64,000 nt of DNA from Camelus ferus (taxonomy: Eukaryota), in the NCBI RefSeq assembly GCF_009834535.1, contig NC_045698.1:10976001-11040000 (forward strand), written 5' to 3'. The notes below the pieces were generated by a model. The model had not been told where the DNA came from. It worked only from the letters and a program-made list of their open reading frames with translations, and ran no database searches. Positions 13,121 to 25,340 of this stretch are shown here, in pieces; within the stretch, counting starts at the first letter, position 1, and each line of letters starts with the position of its first letter. The position numbers were made by a program, and so were the translations under genes.

Positions 13121-14228
13121 GAAGTCTGAGCAAGATGAGCATCCATCTCTCTGCAAAGGGTTAGAACATCTACACTTCTGAAGCCAAATTTTGTCCAGGA
13201 ATCCTTTAGGAGAAACAAGAGGACAGAGAATAGAATTTTCAGCTCATGCTTTATGGATTAAAGCAATATGCTTTGACTTCAAGTCAGAGAACTAAATATT
13301 TTATTTAGAAACCAGTATTTGGAAAGCAGGCAGCTTTCCCTTAAGAGTGAATTGGATATGATGCCAAGTTCACACTCATGGAATTAATTGACTGCTCTAG
13401 TTTCAACATAAGGTATCAAAGCTTCCATATTATTGACCCATGTAAAACAAACCTTACTGCATGGGCTGCGGTTTTCAAGAAAGCTTCTATTAAATGAACT
13501 ACTCAATATAAGTTTACTGGGGTGGGGTGGCGGGGGGATGGAAAAACACACATGTGCTTAGAATAGCCCTTTTTATGCTTCTTTCTTCTAATTTTATACC
13601 CAAAGGCTTTTAAAGAACTTTTTGGTATTCAGAAGTCAACATTAGTGTGGCAGAATTTACTTTTAATCACAGACTTCTTCTCCAAGCTGGAGCGCAGGAG
13701 AAACTAGTTCTTTTAAAAATAGTCTACACTCAGAAATCCCATGATGTGTGCATTTTGATCAATTTACTGAACTTTTGATGGTCCTCTTTGCCACGTAAGT
13801 CCTTAAGGTCACCTTCAGCCACAGCCTGCTTCCTGTAAGCCTTTTATTTCTTATGAACTTTATAGATTTTTCTTATGTCCATTTCCTGTGCAGCTCTTTC
13901 CTGGGGTCCGCTCCTTTCAGAACTGTCTTTGGAGAAGACTCACATTCCTGAGAGCAGAATATTTGTGGTATTAACCTCTGCATTTCTCACCTAGAATTTC
14001 CTTTTCCCCTCTTTACATTAAGGAAAAAAAAAAAAAACGATTAGGCCTATAGACAAGGCTGAGTGCAAGAAAGACCCATGATCTCTGACATTTAATGGTT
14101 GGGGCATGGTATTCAGACAAAATATTTGACCAGGAGCAGGAGGAAAATGGAGCTTCCTTCTAAATTTGCAAAACTACAAAAGATGCCCCTGGTCGGAGGA
14201 AGGAAGAAAGGAGTGTTTTAAAATCTGG

Positions 14229-14700
14229 TGTATTAATAGAAGATTTGAGCTATAATAAAGCAAATGGTTTAGGAGACAATGGCCATTGAGAAGACACACC
14301 ATACCATGGGGGAAGGTCACACCATACCATGGGGGACCACATAGGGTCAGTCAGGATGCAGAGGGAGTGTGGAGAAGTGGGGTAAAAACATTTATTGTGG
14401 TTTCCTGGAGAAAGCGGGTAAGGTAGGGCAAACAGGATTAGGATTGGCTAGTTTAAATCATATTCTGGACTCTGGGCCATAGGAGCTGTCCCTGGTTGAC
14501 TGGTACCTGGCCCTGGGGTGGTTAGGGCAGCTGTATTCCCCAGAGGGGAAGGTCAGCATCTCCACATCAGGAAGTGGACATATTTGAAAAGACGCCATCC
14601 CCAAGCATGGCAGAGAGGTGGCGGAAAGTCCCAGCCCCTAGATCTGCTTACCTACAAAGGCCAAATGATGGGCATTTCTGAGGACACTTATATAATTTAG
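14229..14700 (-). mobile_element. ERVL-class solo LTR (MER76-like)
   Basis: tttattgtggtttcc...aggattggctagttt...gctgtccctggttgactggtacctggccctggggtggttagggcag resembles remembered MER76 antisense. Confidence 0.6.
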
Positions 14701-14789
14701 TGATCAAGCCCCTGTCCCATTCTCCTACACCAAAGCATGTAAGGCCTCTAGGAACTTTGAGATGACCTGGGGTTTGGGGAGTGACTTAC

Positions 14790-14892
14790 CGGGGTGGCTA
14801 CATATGGCTGCCAGGACACATTTGAGAGTTCTTATAGGATAAACAGCATAAGCCAGGATCATCCCAGGCAAACCAGAATTTACAGTTACCCA
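14790..14892. mobile_element. hAT-Blackjack MITE (MER94/MER81-like)
   Basis: ggggtggctacata ... ccaggatcatcccaggcaaaccagaatttacagttaccc; the ends resemble GGGTGACC-type TIRs. Confidence 0.45.
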
Positions 14893-15699
14893 GCATTAAC
14901 CCTAAGGAAATTGGATTCGTTTCCTGCCATTCCGCTGAAGGGAGGTTCAAAATGAAACTACGCTGAGCCATGGAAAATAAAGTCTCTGAACTGGGACTCG
15001 ACCTGCTATATACATTGCGTCTCTTGTAAGGGTTTTATAGCTGATCCCCAAGAAGAAATATTTGTTGGGGTGGACGGGAAAAGCTGTCCAGGAAATTTGA
15101 AACTGTATCAATTGTTGCATGTAGTTCTCCCAGCCAGGTCTGCGCTTCTCCTCTGTAGCCAGTGTCTGTTCATCCGTCATGCCTGAGTGTGGAGAGTCAT
15201 CCAACTCCTTTATCATCCAGTCCCTGCAGTTCCCTGGGGGAATATGTGTTTCTAGCTTTACCTGAAGCTAGAATTAGGCAGAACGGAGCCACTCGGGAGT
15301 CCCCAGGCCCTCCCAGATAGGACAGGCAGCATCACTGTGTGAAGACGACTTCTGTTCTCCCTGTCCGTCAATGCTGCTTAGCAGCGGATTCATGCTCCAG
15401 GGCTCTTTAAATCCTTTTCCTTGAGGAGAGACATTTCAGCACCAGGTGCAAATAATGAGTTTATCACCAGGCAGATGATAACATAATATATTTTGTTTGC
15501 ATGTGTGTATTTTGAAGACTTTTAAGGCGTCCGGTCTGTAAGAGCAAACAGATGGCAAATTAAATGTGGACACCGGTGTCTCCTCATCATCAGACGTGGT
15601 AATCACATTTTCCTCAGCAGATAATCTCACTTGTCACTCCCAGGACACCTCTTTGGGTAGGAAACAAATACTTCTAATTAGTAGTTGCTTGATGTAAGA

Positions 15700-16330
15700 A
15701 AGCATATTTTCATGGGTTTTTTTTAATGCTTTAAGTTTATCTAAAAGAGACACCTACATTTTGTACTTAAAAAAATCTAAGATATGATACAAAAGAAATT
15801 AATTGGTTGACAAGCTAAGGGATTTTTTTTGAGCCTAGCTTTTATTCTCATTTCTTCCTAAAGCAGTGAGTGATGAGATCTCCAATAATGTTTTTGTAGA
15901 TCTTTTTTCTAAATCCTCGTTTTTACCAGCAAAATATCCTCTATCTTCTATTGTTTCTTTTGATAAAGACGATGTATTGATAACATTCTTGGGAGATTGG
16001 TGAGTGTCTACTACAGCTGACATTAATAGACTGGATTTTTCAATTATTACTATGCTTTTAGATATATTCCATTTTGCAATTCCTCATGGACACAATTTTT
16101 GACTAGCACCAAATCTACAGAATTTGCATAATGTAAGCCTGTGTCTTTAAAACTCTTAACAATCTTGAGGATTTTCAATATCTGTTGCAAAGATCCTAAG
16201 AAGGGAATAATGTCAAAAATTTTGTATATATTTGTTGAATGGTGAGATTTATGGAAAGGTTGGGTGTATTTTTTTAAGATATCAATGGGATGTACAAAAT
16301 CTGAATATTCACTATGATGTCTCATGAAGT
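15700..16330 (-). mobile_element. Degenerate hAT-type DNA transposon internal fragment (Tip100/Arthur-like)
   Basis: AT-rich; the minus-strand translation (HPIDILKKY...NIYKIF...LKILKIVKSF) loosely resembles a hAT C-terminal dimerisation region. Confidence 0.35.
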
Positions 16331-16374
16331 ACTAAGACCATAAACCAAGTATAACATTATTTTCTGAGTCTGAC

Positions 16375-16640
16375 AACGTAATTGGTACCAGGAGTAGTAT
16401 CAGGAAACAGACCCTCAAAATGTGTTTCTGGGATTGGGTAACCATTAATATTGAATGAGGGCTTGAATAACCCTGTTGCAGAGGCAAGGGGAGGGGGACC
16501 AGCACCCTGGTAACCTACGGCGTGCAATAGCATCATGGTGATTCACATCCCCAGTGGTAACACGGGATGAAGTGCATGTGTAGGGCAGGACACTGGGAGA
16601 GCCAGTGTCTGTAACATTTGGTCACTAGGGCAACCCTAGG
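16375..16640 (+). mobile_element. ERV-L internal 5' fragment (leader / gag start)
   Basis: gtaattggtaccaggagtagtatcaggaaacagaccctcaaaatg, the typical ERVL sequence just after the 5' LTR. Confidence 0.65.
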
Positions 16641-16799
16641 AATTACAAAGGTTGTAGCCTCACCTGGTGTGATAGGAGGCATATGGTTCCATGCCTCTTC
16701 ACTAACCTCTCCCTCTGTTTTGTGTCAGTTTCAGCCTATCAATCAGTAGTGATGCTATTGGCTAAGAATGCCTGGGGTGCTCACCTGGGCCAGTCTACT

Positions 16800-17330
16800 T
16801 GTTGAGAGTCGAACACACATTTCCAGGAAGAGAACCAATGTTGCATCTAGATTGGCCCTTGTGGTTTTTATTATGATTGCAAGATGCACCAAAGCAACAA
16901 CCACCAAAACAACAATTTTGAAAATAAATTATTACTCACAATCCTGGAGGATACATGGCATATCCAAAGGTCACACAGTGAAGTTGCAGGTAGAGAGAAA
17001 GAGAGTGCAGACTAGGGGCTCTGCTATGGGTGGGGAGCCCGTGGTTACATAGGTTCACTATTGGCAAATTTAAAACATAAGAGCAGCAATTAAGGTATGA
17101 GAAGGGAGAGAGGGGGGGTCACTCAAGTAGTCAGTTACCTAGATTACCCAAGGCTTTCTAAAAGGGGAACATCATGGGGCAACTCGTTTCTTATTGAATT
17201 GTTTTACTAGTAGCTCTGTCATATAATGGGCAATATGTCTCTGAAATGGATTCTCTGCGATCAAAAGCTTAATTATATTATATACTTGTATTATAATCAA
17301 AAAGTTTAATGTCAGGCACTTATACTATAC
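16800..17330 (-). mobile_element. Solo LTR, ERVL-class (family uncertain)
   Basis: LTR-like antisense features (aataaattattactcacaatcc; aaggctttctaaaagggg; ending atgtcaggcacttatactata). Confidence 0.5.
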
Positions 17331-17800
17331 TCTCCCACTGGGATAGACTGTATTTCCTATCCCCATGACTTTAGGCTTGGCCATGTGTCTTGCTTTGGCT
17401 AATGGAATGCAAGCAAATGAATGTGATGTTAATAGAGGTATTAAATCAGTAGTTCATGATAATACATAAATAATATAATGATAAATGTTATATTTTATTG
17501 TATATTTTTATAAATAAGTATATATTATTAAATAAATGGATAAATAAACAAACTTACTTCTGTGCCCACAAGATTGCTATTAGAAGAGATTTTCCTGCTA
17601 GTTACTGATCTTCAGCCTGGTTTTCAGAATGAGACAAGTGGGACAGATATGAAACTGACCTGAGGCCAAATCCAGCTGAACATCAGCGCAAAGCAAAGCT
17701 GCTTCAGTCAATCCTCAGGCCTTGAACCAAGAAAAGTAAACCCTGTGTAGCAAGCCATTAAGATTGGGCGTAGGTTGTTACACAGCATTAGACAACTGAC
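17330..17800 (+). mobile_element. MaLR LTR (MLT1-type) with internal AT-rich insert
   Basis: ccccatgactttaggcttggccatgtgtcttgctttggctaatggaatg ... aagccattaagattggg...gttgttacacagcatt. Confidence 0.7.
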
Positions 17801-18192
17801 TATAACAACTGGCTTATACTACATATGAACAAATGTTCACTTAAGAACATGCATGGACAGCCAGCAGGCTCCAATGCCAGCTTTTAAGTTGTCCCTTATC
17901 TCCTACAGACACAGGGCAGGTATGATGAAGATCAAGCTGTGGGCCTGATTGTAAGGGTTTCAGAGATGTAGGACCAATTAAATGTCTCAAATAGCTTCTT
18001 ACTCTAAAGTTGAAACTCACATGAAGATGGGCTCCGAGAGGTAGAAATGATGATGCGTGCTGCCTGCCAGAAACTTCTTGCTGAGACCATCACAGCCTGC
18101 GCGTCCTGTTCTGTCTCTCTTCTGTGTTCCAGAAACTGCCTCGTTCATTAAACTTTCTCTACAGAACAATACATTCTTTTCATCACATCCAG

Positions 18193-18198
18193 TCTCTC

Positions 18199-18250
<52 letters not shown>
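18193..18250. repeat. (CT)n microsatellite
   Basis: Directly visible, with one interruption. Confidence 0.97.
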
Positions 18251-18252
<2 letters not shown>

Positions 18253-18582
18253 TGGCCAGGATTTTGGCTACACGAGACTGATAGGAGGTACTGGACCACA
18301 AGTATCTGCAGTCAGTGAAATTCTCATTGCAAATCCGAAGCTGTTAAAGGTCCTGATTGTGAGCTCCTTAAGCGGAGGGGCTGTGCCTCAGTCCATCTCA
18401 GTTCCTGTGTCAGTACCCGCAACTCACAGGAGCTCAGTCAGTGTTGAAGCTTTGTTCCCAAAGGGAAGAGCAGTTTGACACCTGCTGTGTTTTTCAAATA
18501 TAGAGTTAAGAAAAGAGATACAGCATTTGTGTGGCATCAAAGTTTAAGATAAGTCCCTGCAAGGGTTAAATATTTGCTATGA

Positions 18583-18589
18583 AAATAAA

Positions 18590-18637
<48 letters not shown>

Positions 18638-18670
18638 AATAAGTAAGTAAGTAAGTAAATAAATAAATAA
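18583..18670. repeat. (TAAA)n/(TAAG)n tract flanked by a 19-bp direct repeat
   Basis: taaatatttgctatgaaaa at 18567-18585 and at 18668-18686. Confidence 0.9.
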
Positions 18671-18687
18671 ATATTTGCTATGAAAAA

Positions 18688-18960
18688 GGTTACCAGTGGG
18701 GAGGGGGGTGGGAAGGGACAGACTGGGAGTTCAAGATTTGTAGATACTGACAGGTATATACAGAATAGATAAACAAGTTTATCCTGCATAGCACAGGGAA
18801 ATATATATAAGATCTTGTAGTAGCTCACTGTGAAAAAGAATATGAAAATGAATATATGTATATTCATGTATAACTGAAAAATTGTGCTGTACACCAGAAA
18901 TTGACACAACACTTTGTAAATTGGCTATAACTCAATAACTCAATAAATAAATAAATAAAT
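18688..18960 (+). mobile_element. 5'-truncated L1 3' end (camelid-like) with (TAAA)n tail
   Basis: ggttaccagtggggagggggg...ttgtgctgtacaccagaaattgacacaac...caataaataaa; ctatgaaaaa occurs on both sides. Confidence 0.9.
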
Positions 18961-19169
18961 AATTCTATGAAAAACTCCAGACTTGACTGAGACCCTGCAC
19001 TACTGGGTGCCTCCACTCCCCACCTCACCTGAAGCCCTGATGTAGATGCTGGTGCTCTCCTGGGCTGCTGGTGCCTCAGGGTTTGGAGGACAGCTCTGCT
19101 CTCTCACTTCCCATCACCACTTCCAAACCATTATATTTCCACTCTCCTTCTGACTTGCTGACTATTCAA

Positions 19170-19630
19170 TCTGTCCAGAGGAGTAGGAGACAGCCTGGAA
19201 AGCTAGGTGGAGTCAGACCATGAATGGCCTTGTGAGCCATCCTGTGGAAGGAGGAATTTACTCCGCAGGGAGCTATTGAAAAATCTTGGATGGATGACAG
19301 TTAGACTTATTGTGGTCATATCATTTCACAACACATATGAATATCGAATCATGTTGTACACCTGAAACTAATACAAGGTTCTATGTCAGTTGTGCCTTAA
19401 AAAAATCTTATCAGAAGGTCTAAGAAAAGGAAAATTGTGACCAGTAGTATGACATGGTCAGATCTGCACTTTGGAAAGATAAATCTGGCAGTGTGTGAGG
19501 GTGGAGTTGGAGGGGGTTAACACAGCGTGGAGAGCAGTTAGAATGGTATTAAAACCATCAAGTGCAGCCTCTAATGTAGTCCTGAAGGTGGAGAAGGATG
19601 ATGGATTCAAAAGACATTTAGGTGATTCAA
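19170..19630 (-). mobile_element. LINE-2 fragment interrupted by a short plus-strand L1 3' end (~19320-19405)
   Basis: L2: gtatgacatggtcagatctgcactttggaaagat. L1 tail: atcatgttgtacacctgaaactaataca...cttaaaaaaa. Confidence 0.65.
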
Positions 19631-20739
19631 CACCTACTGTTCATTCTGTTGCGCCTTAAAGGCTCTTTCCATGTTCGCTGACACCCCAGCCTCCCATCCG
19701 TGGCACTCATGAGGGCCGAGGTTGGGGGAGGTGTCTGAGTGGAAGACCACATTGAAACCAGAATTCTCATTTTCCATAACTGCCATCTGCCCAACCACCC
19801 ATTCTCACACACCTTCTGTTTGACATCCTCTTCCGTCATGGTGCATTCTCTAATAACTTACGTGAGCAAAAGTCGCTGTTTACCCAACTTTCTGCTATTC
19901 AGCCCTTTTCTTTATGAACTGTCCGTTGGCACTCAGGAAAAGGAAAGTGTGTTTGGGGTTAAAGTCACAAAATAGCAAACACAAATAATTCCCCCTTAAC
20001 TAATGAATAGTGAGACATGTATAAGAGATTTTCTCAAAAACTGCTTTCTCAATTTAAACATTAAATGCAATATACCGAGAAAATAATGGAAAACTAATAA
20101 TTCACCTCGGTTACATTATCTCACATATGATCAACAGTGTGGAAATTGCTCTGGTTCATAAATAGCCTCCATATGGTGTCAGAGTATTCATCCCATCTCA
20201 CAATCTGCAAATAATTTGCTCCAATGATGCCAACTTTTGAATGTATTAAATGTGAGAAGTTTACCCAAACACATAGAGCTTATGCACTTTTTTGAGGTAA
20301 TGCTCATGATTTGTTTAATATTGTAGAAACTCATGTACAGACTTATCCAAAATTACATTTTAGGTAAAAAAATAAAAAGAAGGTTGTTTAACAGAACTGA
20401 CTGTGGTCCTAATTCACATTTTATAGCTCCTTGACACCGTTGTAGCAGTAATGAGAGAAGCATGTATTTAAAAGCCAAGGTAAGGGATGACTTTTAGTCA
20501 GAGAGGGTCATCCTAATAGGTCCTACTGAAGATTATGAGTGCCTTGTGGGAAATTAGGAGAAAACCAGGCTTCTATCTGGGTGAATAAAATCTCCATATG
20601 GCTTCAAGAAGTGTGCGCGTATGTGTGTTTTTAAAGTAGCTTGCTCTTTCCCACGATCATAGGAAGAAGATCATGCTCTAAGAATTTCAGTTTACAACAG
20701 CCATGCAGCTGTGATTCTCTTAAAAAAAATCAATAGCTT

Positions 20740-20813
20740 TGTGTGTATGTGTATATATATATATATGTGTGTATATATGTATATATATGTGTATATATTT
20801 ATATATATGTATA
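20740..20813. repeat. (TA/TG)n microsatellite
   Basis: Directly visible. Confidence 0.9.
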
Positions 20814-21149
20814 TGAGAAAATACGTCAGGGACGAATACAATTACATGAAACAACTCAAAGAATAACAGAATAATAATAATAACAGAATAACAGAAGTTT
20901 GGTGACTTCTCTACAATTTACTTTCAAGAGTTATGAAAGCCTTCCATGTAAAAAATATCCTTTTCTCTTCCTTGTCATACTCTGTGTGAAGGGGATGGAC
21001 CACAGAAAGTCCCCATTCTTCCTCTGTGCTCTCTTCACTGTTTTATTGTCCAGGCACTTATTCCACATCACCTACAAGGACCAGCCGTGACTCTCTAATG
21101 ATGGTATAGAATCCACGAGAGACACACATCCTTGTGGCAGAGCTGAGAC

Positions 21150-21775
21150 TTGGATGAGGCAAATGGGGTACTAGCCTTGGGTGCTGCAGAGGATTGACTA
21201 ATGGCTCCAAAAAGATATATTCCATGCCCCAACCCTGGAACCTGCGACTGTGATCTTATTTGCATAAAGGTCTTTGCAAGTATAATTAGGAATCCCGAGA
21301 TGAGCTTCCACCCTAACTCCAACAACAGGTGTCCTTGTTAGAGAACAGCTGAGGGCAATTTAACAGAGAGACACAGGGGAAAAGGCCAGAAAGAGAGGTT
21401 GGAGTTATGCAGCCACAAGCCAAGGAATGTCTAGAGCCACCAGAAACTGGAGGAGGCAAGAAGGAGTCTCTCCTAAAGTTTCAGAGGAAGTGTGGCCCTG
21501 GTGACACCGTGATTTCAGACTTCTGGCCCCCAGGACAGTGAGAGACTAGGTTCCACTGTTTTAAGCTGCCCAGTGTGTGGTAATTTTTTACAACAGCCGC
21601 AGGAAGCTAACAGCCACAAAAATGTAAGAGGGTGCCAGAAATCAAAATAATCAATATAAACAATATTTTGTAATCAAAATAAGTAATATTTTGATGTAAT
21701 ATTTTAAAAAATCAAAATCAATACAGAAGAAGACAACTCATGATGAACAAGTATTAACAATTTAAAGATAATACT
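21150..21775. mobile_element. MER53-like hAT element split by an MLT1 LTR
   Basis: ggatgaggcaaatggggtactagccttgggtgc (21152-21184) continues after the LTR as aaaatgtaagagggtgccagaaa...aatattttaaaaaatcaaaat...catgatgaacaa. Confidence 0.6.
21185..21612 (+). mobile_element. MaLR solo LTR (MLT1C-like)
   Basis: aatggctccaaaaagatat...ggaacctgcgactgtgatcttatttg...cagccacaagccaaggaatg...gtgtggtaatttttacaacagccgcaggaagctaaca. Confidence 0.85.
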
Positions 21776-24700
21776 TGTCAGGTCATGGCAGGGATGGGCA
21801 TGTGGGTATAACCTGAGTAGGCTGAATCTGGTTGGTTAATAAATTGGTGCCATTTAAACAGAATTTTTAAAAATTGTTAATGCATATTTGTAATAGAGGC
21901 CACACCTTCCATGGGAGAAAACTGGAGCTGCCCTTAATTTCTTTTCTGTGGTGCAGACTGATTCAGCCCTGGTCCCTAGGTTGTGCAACTCTCTGAAGTG
22001 AACTGGATCTACAGTAGAGACGAAGAATGCTTCCTTTCAATCTCCTGTTCTCTGAGAAGGGTTTGCTGGGTATTATATTCTCTCTCTGGCTACATTTCTT
22101 TAAGGGTTAGGGCTCCAGCAACCCCCCGCCTGGCTGCCTCTAAATCTAGCTTTAGTTACATCTGTATTACCTTCTGTTTTAAGTTGGGAGCGTCAGAAAC
22201 CAACTGCATCTCAATGAAGGACCGAACTTCAGTGGAAAACAGCCGTCTGTGCTCTCCTCTCATCTTCCATTTGGGTCGTGAATCTGTCTTCCTGGTCCTC
22301 CTAGAGCACCATGAGGTCTCGCTAAGAGATGACAGAGAGTGAGTGGCTGTGGGCGTCTGCTGTCCAGCAGTGTGGGACATTCTTACCATCAGAGCAAAGC
22401 ATCATACCCACTGGTTAGAGGAATCCCTCCCATCTGGGCTCTCCCTTCTCCAGACCACATGCTCTCTGAAGGAAAGAACTAGTGCTCTGGGAGTGGGGTT
22501 TTCACACTCCTCACAAGCTGCTGACTTTGAGAGGAGCTGGATAAAGTCTTTACAGGAGTGGAACTGTCTAGTGACAACCCCTCAAATGCCTGCAGGCATG
22601 TAAGGAGGCAGGAGGAAGGAAGGTCTGCATGGGCGGCTCTGGAATGAAATTTAGGTGACCTGATTTCTCCCAAGGAGTCTTCCCACAGCTACACGTTGTT
22701 TCCTTTGGTTACTCAGATCAATTTGAAGATTTCCATGGCTGCTTTCTAGGTACAGTGGAAACAGGAGACAGATCCTGAACGGGCTCTATAATTTGTACCC
22801 ACTTAGTCAGGTCACAGGTGGGAATCAGGAATACACAGGTGTCCTCCTTCGCATTCCAATAATCAGTGGCTATAACGTACCAGCTTTTTGTATAATGTAG
22901 CTACCAGGAATGATTTTCACTAGAGATTTGACATCAGTTTTTTTTTTTTTTTTTATGTATGACACACACATTTCAATGCCTGAGGGTGTCTCCTACCAAT
23001 ACCTATGCAGACAGCAGTGGGAAATGCAAATACTAACCTGAGCTCTTAATACTGTGAAGCTGAGGATCCAAATACTTGGAAATAGCCGTGGTTTGAATGG
23101 ATGTGACATCAGCTGAGAAGTGGGTGCCGCTCATTTGGTCCAGGTCAAGGAGGGCTGAGGCAGTTAAGTTCTGAGTAAGTGTGGTGGGTGGTGGGAGCCG
23201 AACCACGCTGTGCAGGAAGTGTCTTGGTGACCATGTTTCTGCACAGTGTGGGGTTCACTTTCATCTTTCTCTTAGAGCAGGAAGTGACTTTTTCTGCCAA
23301 AAGAGCTTAAAAACCCATCCTATCAGCACAGCCTGCAGAAGACTGATGATCCTACAGAGAGAACACAGCTGCCAAAGAGAGAGAGAGAGAGAAAGCACTG
23401 GTTCCCACAAAGAGACTGAATGAAGCAGCCGGCAGACACAGAATTCTGAGATCAGAGAGAAATGCAATGAGGAAACACAGCCAGAGCTAGGATTTTGCAT
23501 AGAATTTTGGATGAAAGCAAAGCCTTCCATTGAATCAACTGGCAAAGATTCAGTCCTTAAATGACATACTTTGAAAACATATATTGTGGTATATTTGCTA
23601 AGATTTATAACACAGGCTTAAAGCTAGATGTGGCCATCCTGTACCATCTCATATGTGATATGAACACCCCAGGGCACTTTGAATAGGGTCTATCCTCAAC
23701 CAACACTTCTTTAGCCCTAATAAAACTTATGTTATGTTCCATCATGAAGAGGAACTACAGACTAATTTCAGAAGACTTAAAAAGACTACTAGCAGTAAGG
23801 TATGAATTTCAGATCACAAACTCAAGAGCTCTATAATCTAACTTCCATTTTTTTTTAATGAATTTAATTCTGTTTGGAACCCTCATTCCATCACATTGTG
23901 GAAATTCAATCTCAGACAATTCAAGCTTATCTCACCATTTCTATCTCTTTTTCCATAACTGTATGTCTACATGCTGACAGGACTATGTTGTGTTCTTCAC
24001 TAGGCTGGGATGGGGGGACTTGTTTGGCTTCTGTAGCATCACCCCTGCTCTATTGCCCATCTGGTCCTTGGAGGTCCATCCAAGGGTACTGCTGACTTGT
24101 CCCTCAAGCTCAGCTCGCCTCTGCCCTTCTCCCTGTTATTTCAGGGCCACTGTTTGCAGGATACAGCACTGGACATCACTTGAAGCTACCTCCACAGCCC
24201 GCCTTGGGAATTTTTCAGTTGTTCATGCTCCACCCTAGGCTGTGTACCCCTTGTGTTTGTCTAGGACCCCATGTGATTAAATGTCCCTACAGCCATCATT
24301 ACCTGAGGTCTTGCTGTCGCAACTGGGAAGCAAAGAAAAAGGCAAAGTCCACGCCCCTCCCTGGAGACCCACGAGCCTCTCATTGCTGTGCCTCTTCATC
24401 TCTTCTGTCTCCAAAGATTAGAAAGACATTTTTCCTCATTTGTAGTAAGGGAGAAGGGAAGAGCATAGAGCAGAAAATGGGCTTTTTTTCAACAAACGTT
24501 CTCTCAAATCTACTGTTCATGCTTTTTCTCTGACTGTGGAGCTTCTGAAATCAGAAAAACTTCTCTGATATCCCTGCTTCCTACTGCAGCTCCACTTTTG
24601 GGAGGCAATGGTGCAAAATGCCTGCCTATCTGAATGCGAGAAGGGCCCAGAAGCAAAGGAAATATTAGCAACAATCAACACTACATTTGCTAATATTGCA

Positions 24701-25039
24701 AAATGTCAGCATGCCTTAAAACCATATTTAAGAAACTGATTATGGTTTTCACAAAATATAAATTTGGTCATTTTCTATAGATTCTTTTATTCATCTTCAT
24801 AAAGTTCTAGATTTAGGCAACCCATATAGAATTATTAATATAAATATCCCTGGTCTTGGTGGATTCTATAGACTGGAATTTTGATTCTTGTGTTTACAGT
24901 AGGAAATAAAATAATACAAACAACATCTTTTGCAGAGTTTTCTCTTGGGAAGCTTTATTTGTTTTTTTGCCACCAATTTACTTCATAGCAAAAGAATGGG
25001 TGTGGGATTGGTCTAGGATCCAATCTAGATCACACACTG

Positions 25040-25340
25040 TATTTAATTCTCATCTCTTTAGTCTCTTTTAAATTGAAATAATCTTTTCAAGTCTTTTTTC
25101 TTTTATGACCTTGACATTTTGAAAGAGTACAAGGCAGTTACTTTGTAGAATATCCTTTACCTTGGGTTTATCTGCTATTTCTTCTTGATTAGATTCAAGC
25201 TGTGCATTTTTGGCAAGAACACCCAGAGTGATGCTGTGTCTTTCCCAGTGCATCCTATCATGGGATAAATGATAACCAGTTGTCCAATTTACTGATGATA
25301 ATAACTTTGATCACTTAGTTAAGATGGTTTCCTGTGAAAC
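25040..25340 (-). mobile_element. Old L1 3' region (L1MB/MC-type)
   Basis: atgaccttgacattttgaaagagtacaaggcagtta...gattagattcaagctgtgcattttggcaagaacacc. Confidence 0.75.

Noticed and set aside
18017..18318. ER-repeat and SL-repeat ORFs
   Set aside because: They are translations of the (CT)n microsatellite.
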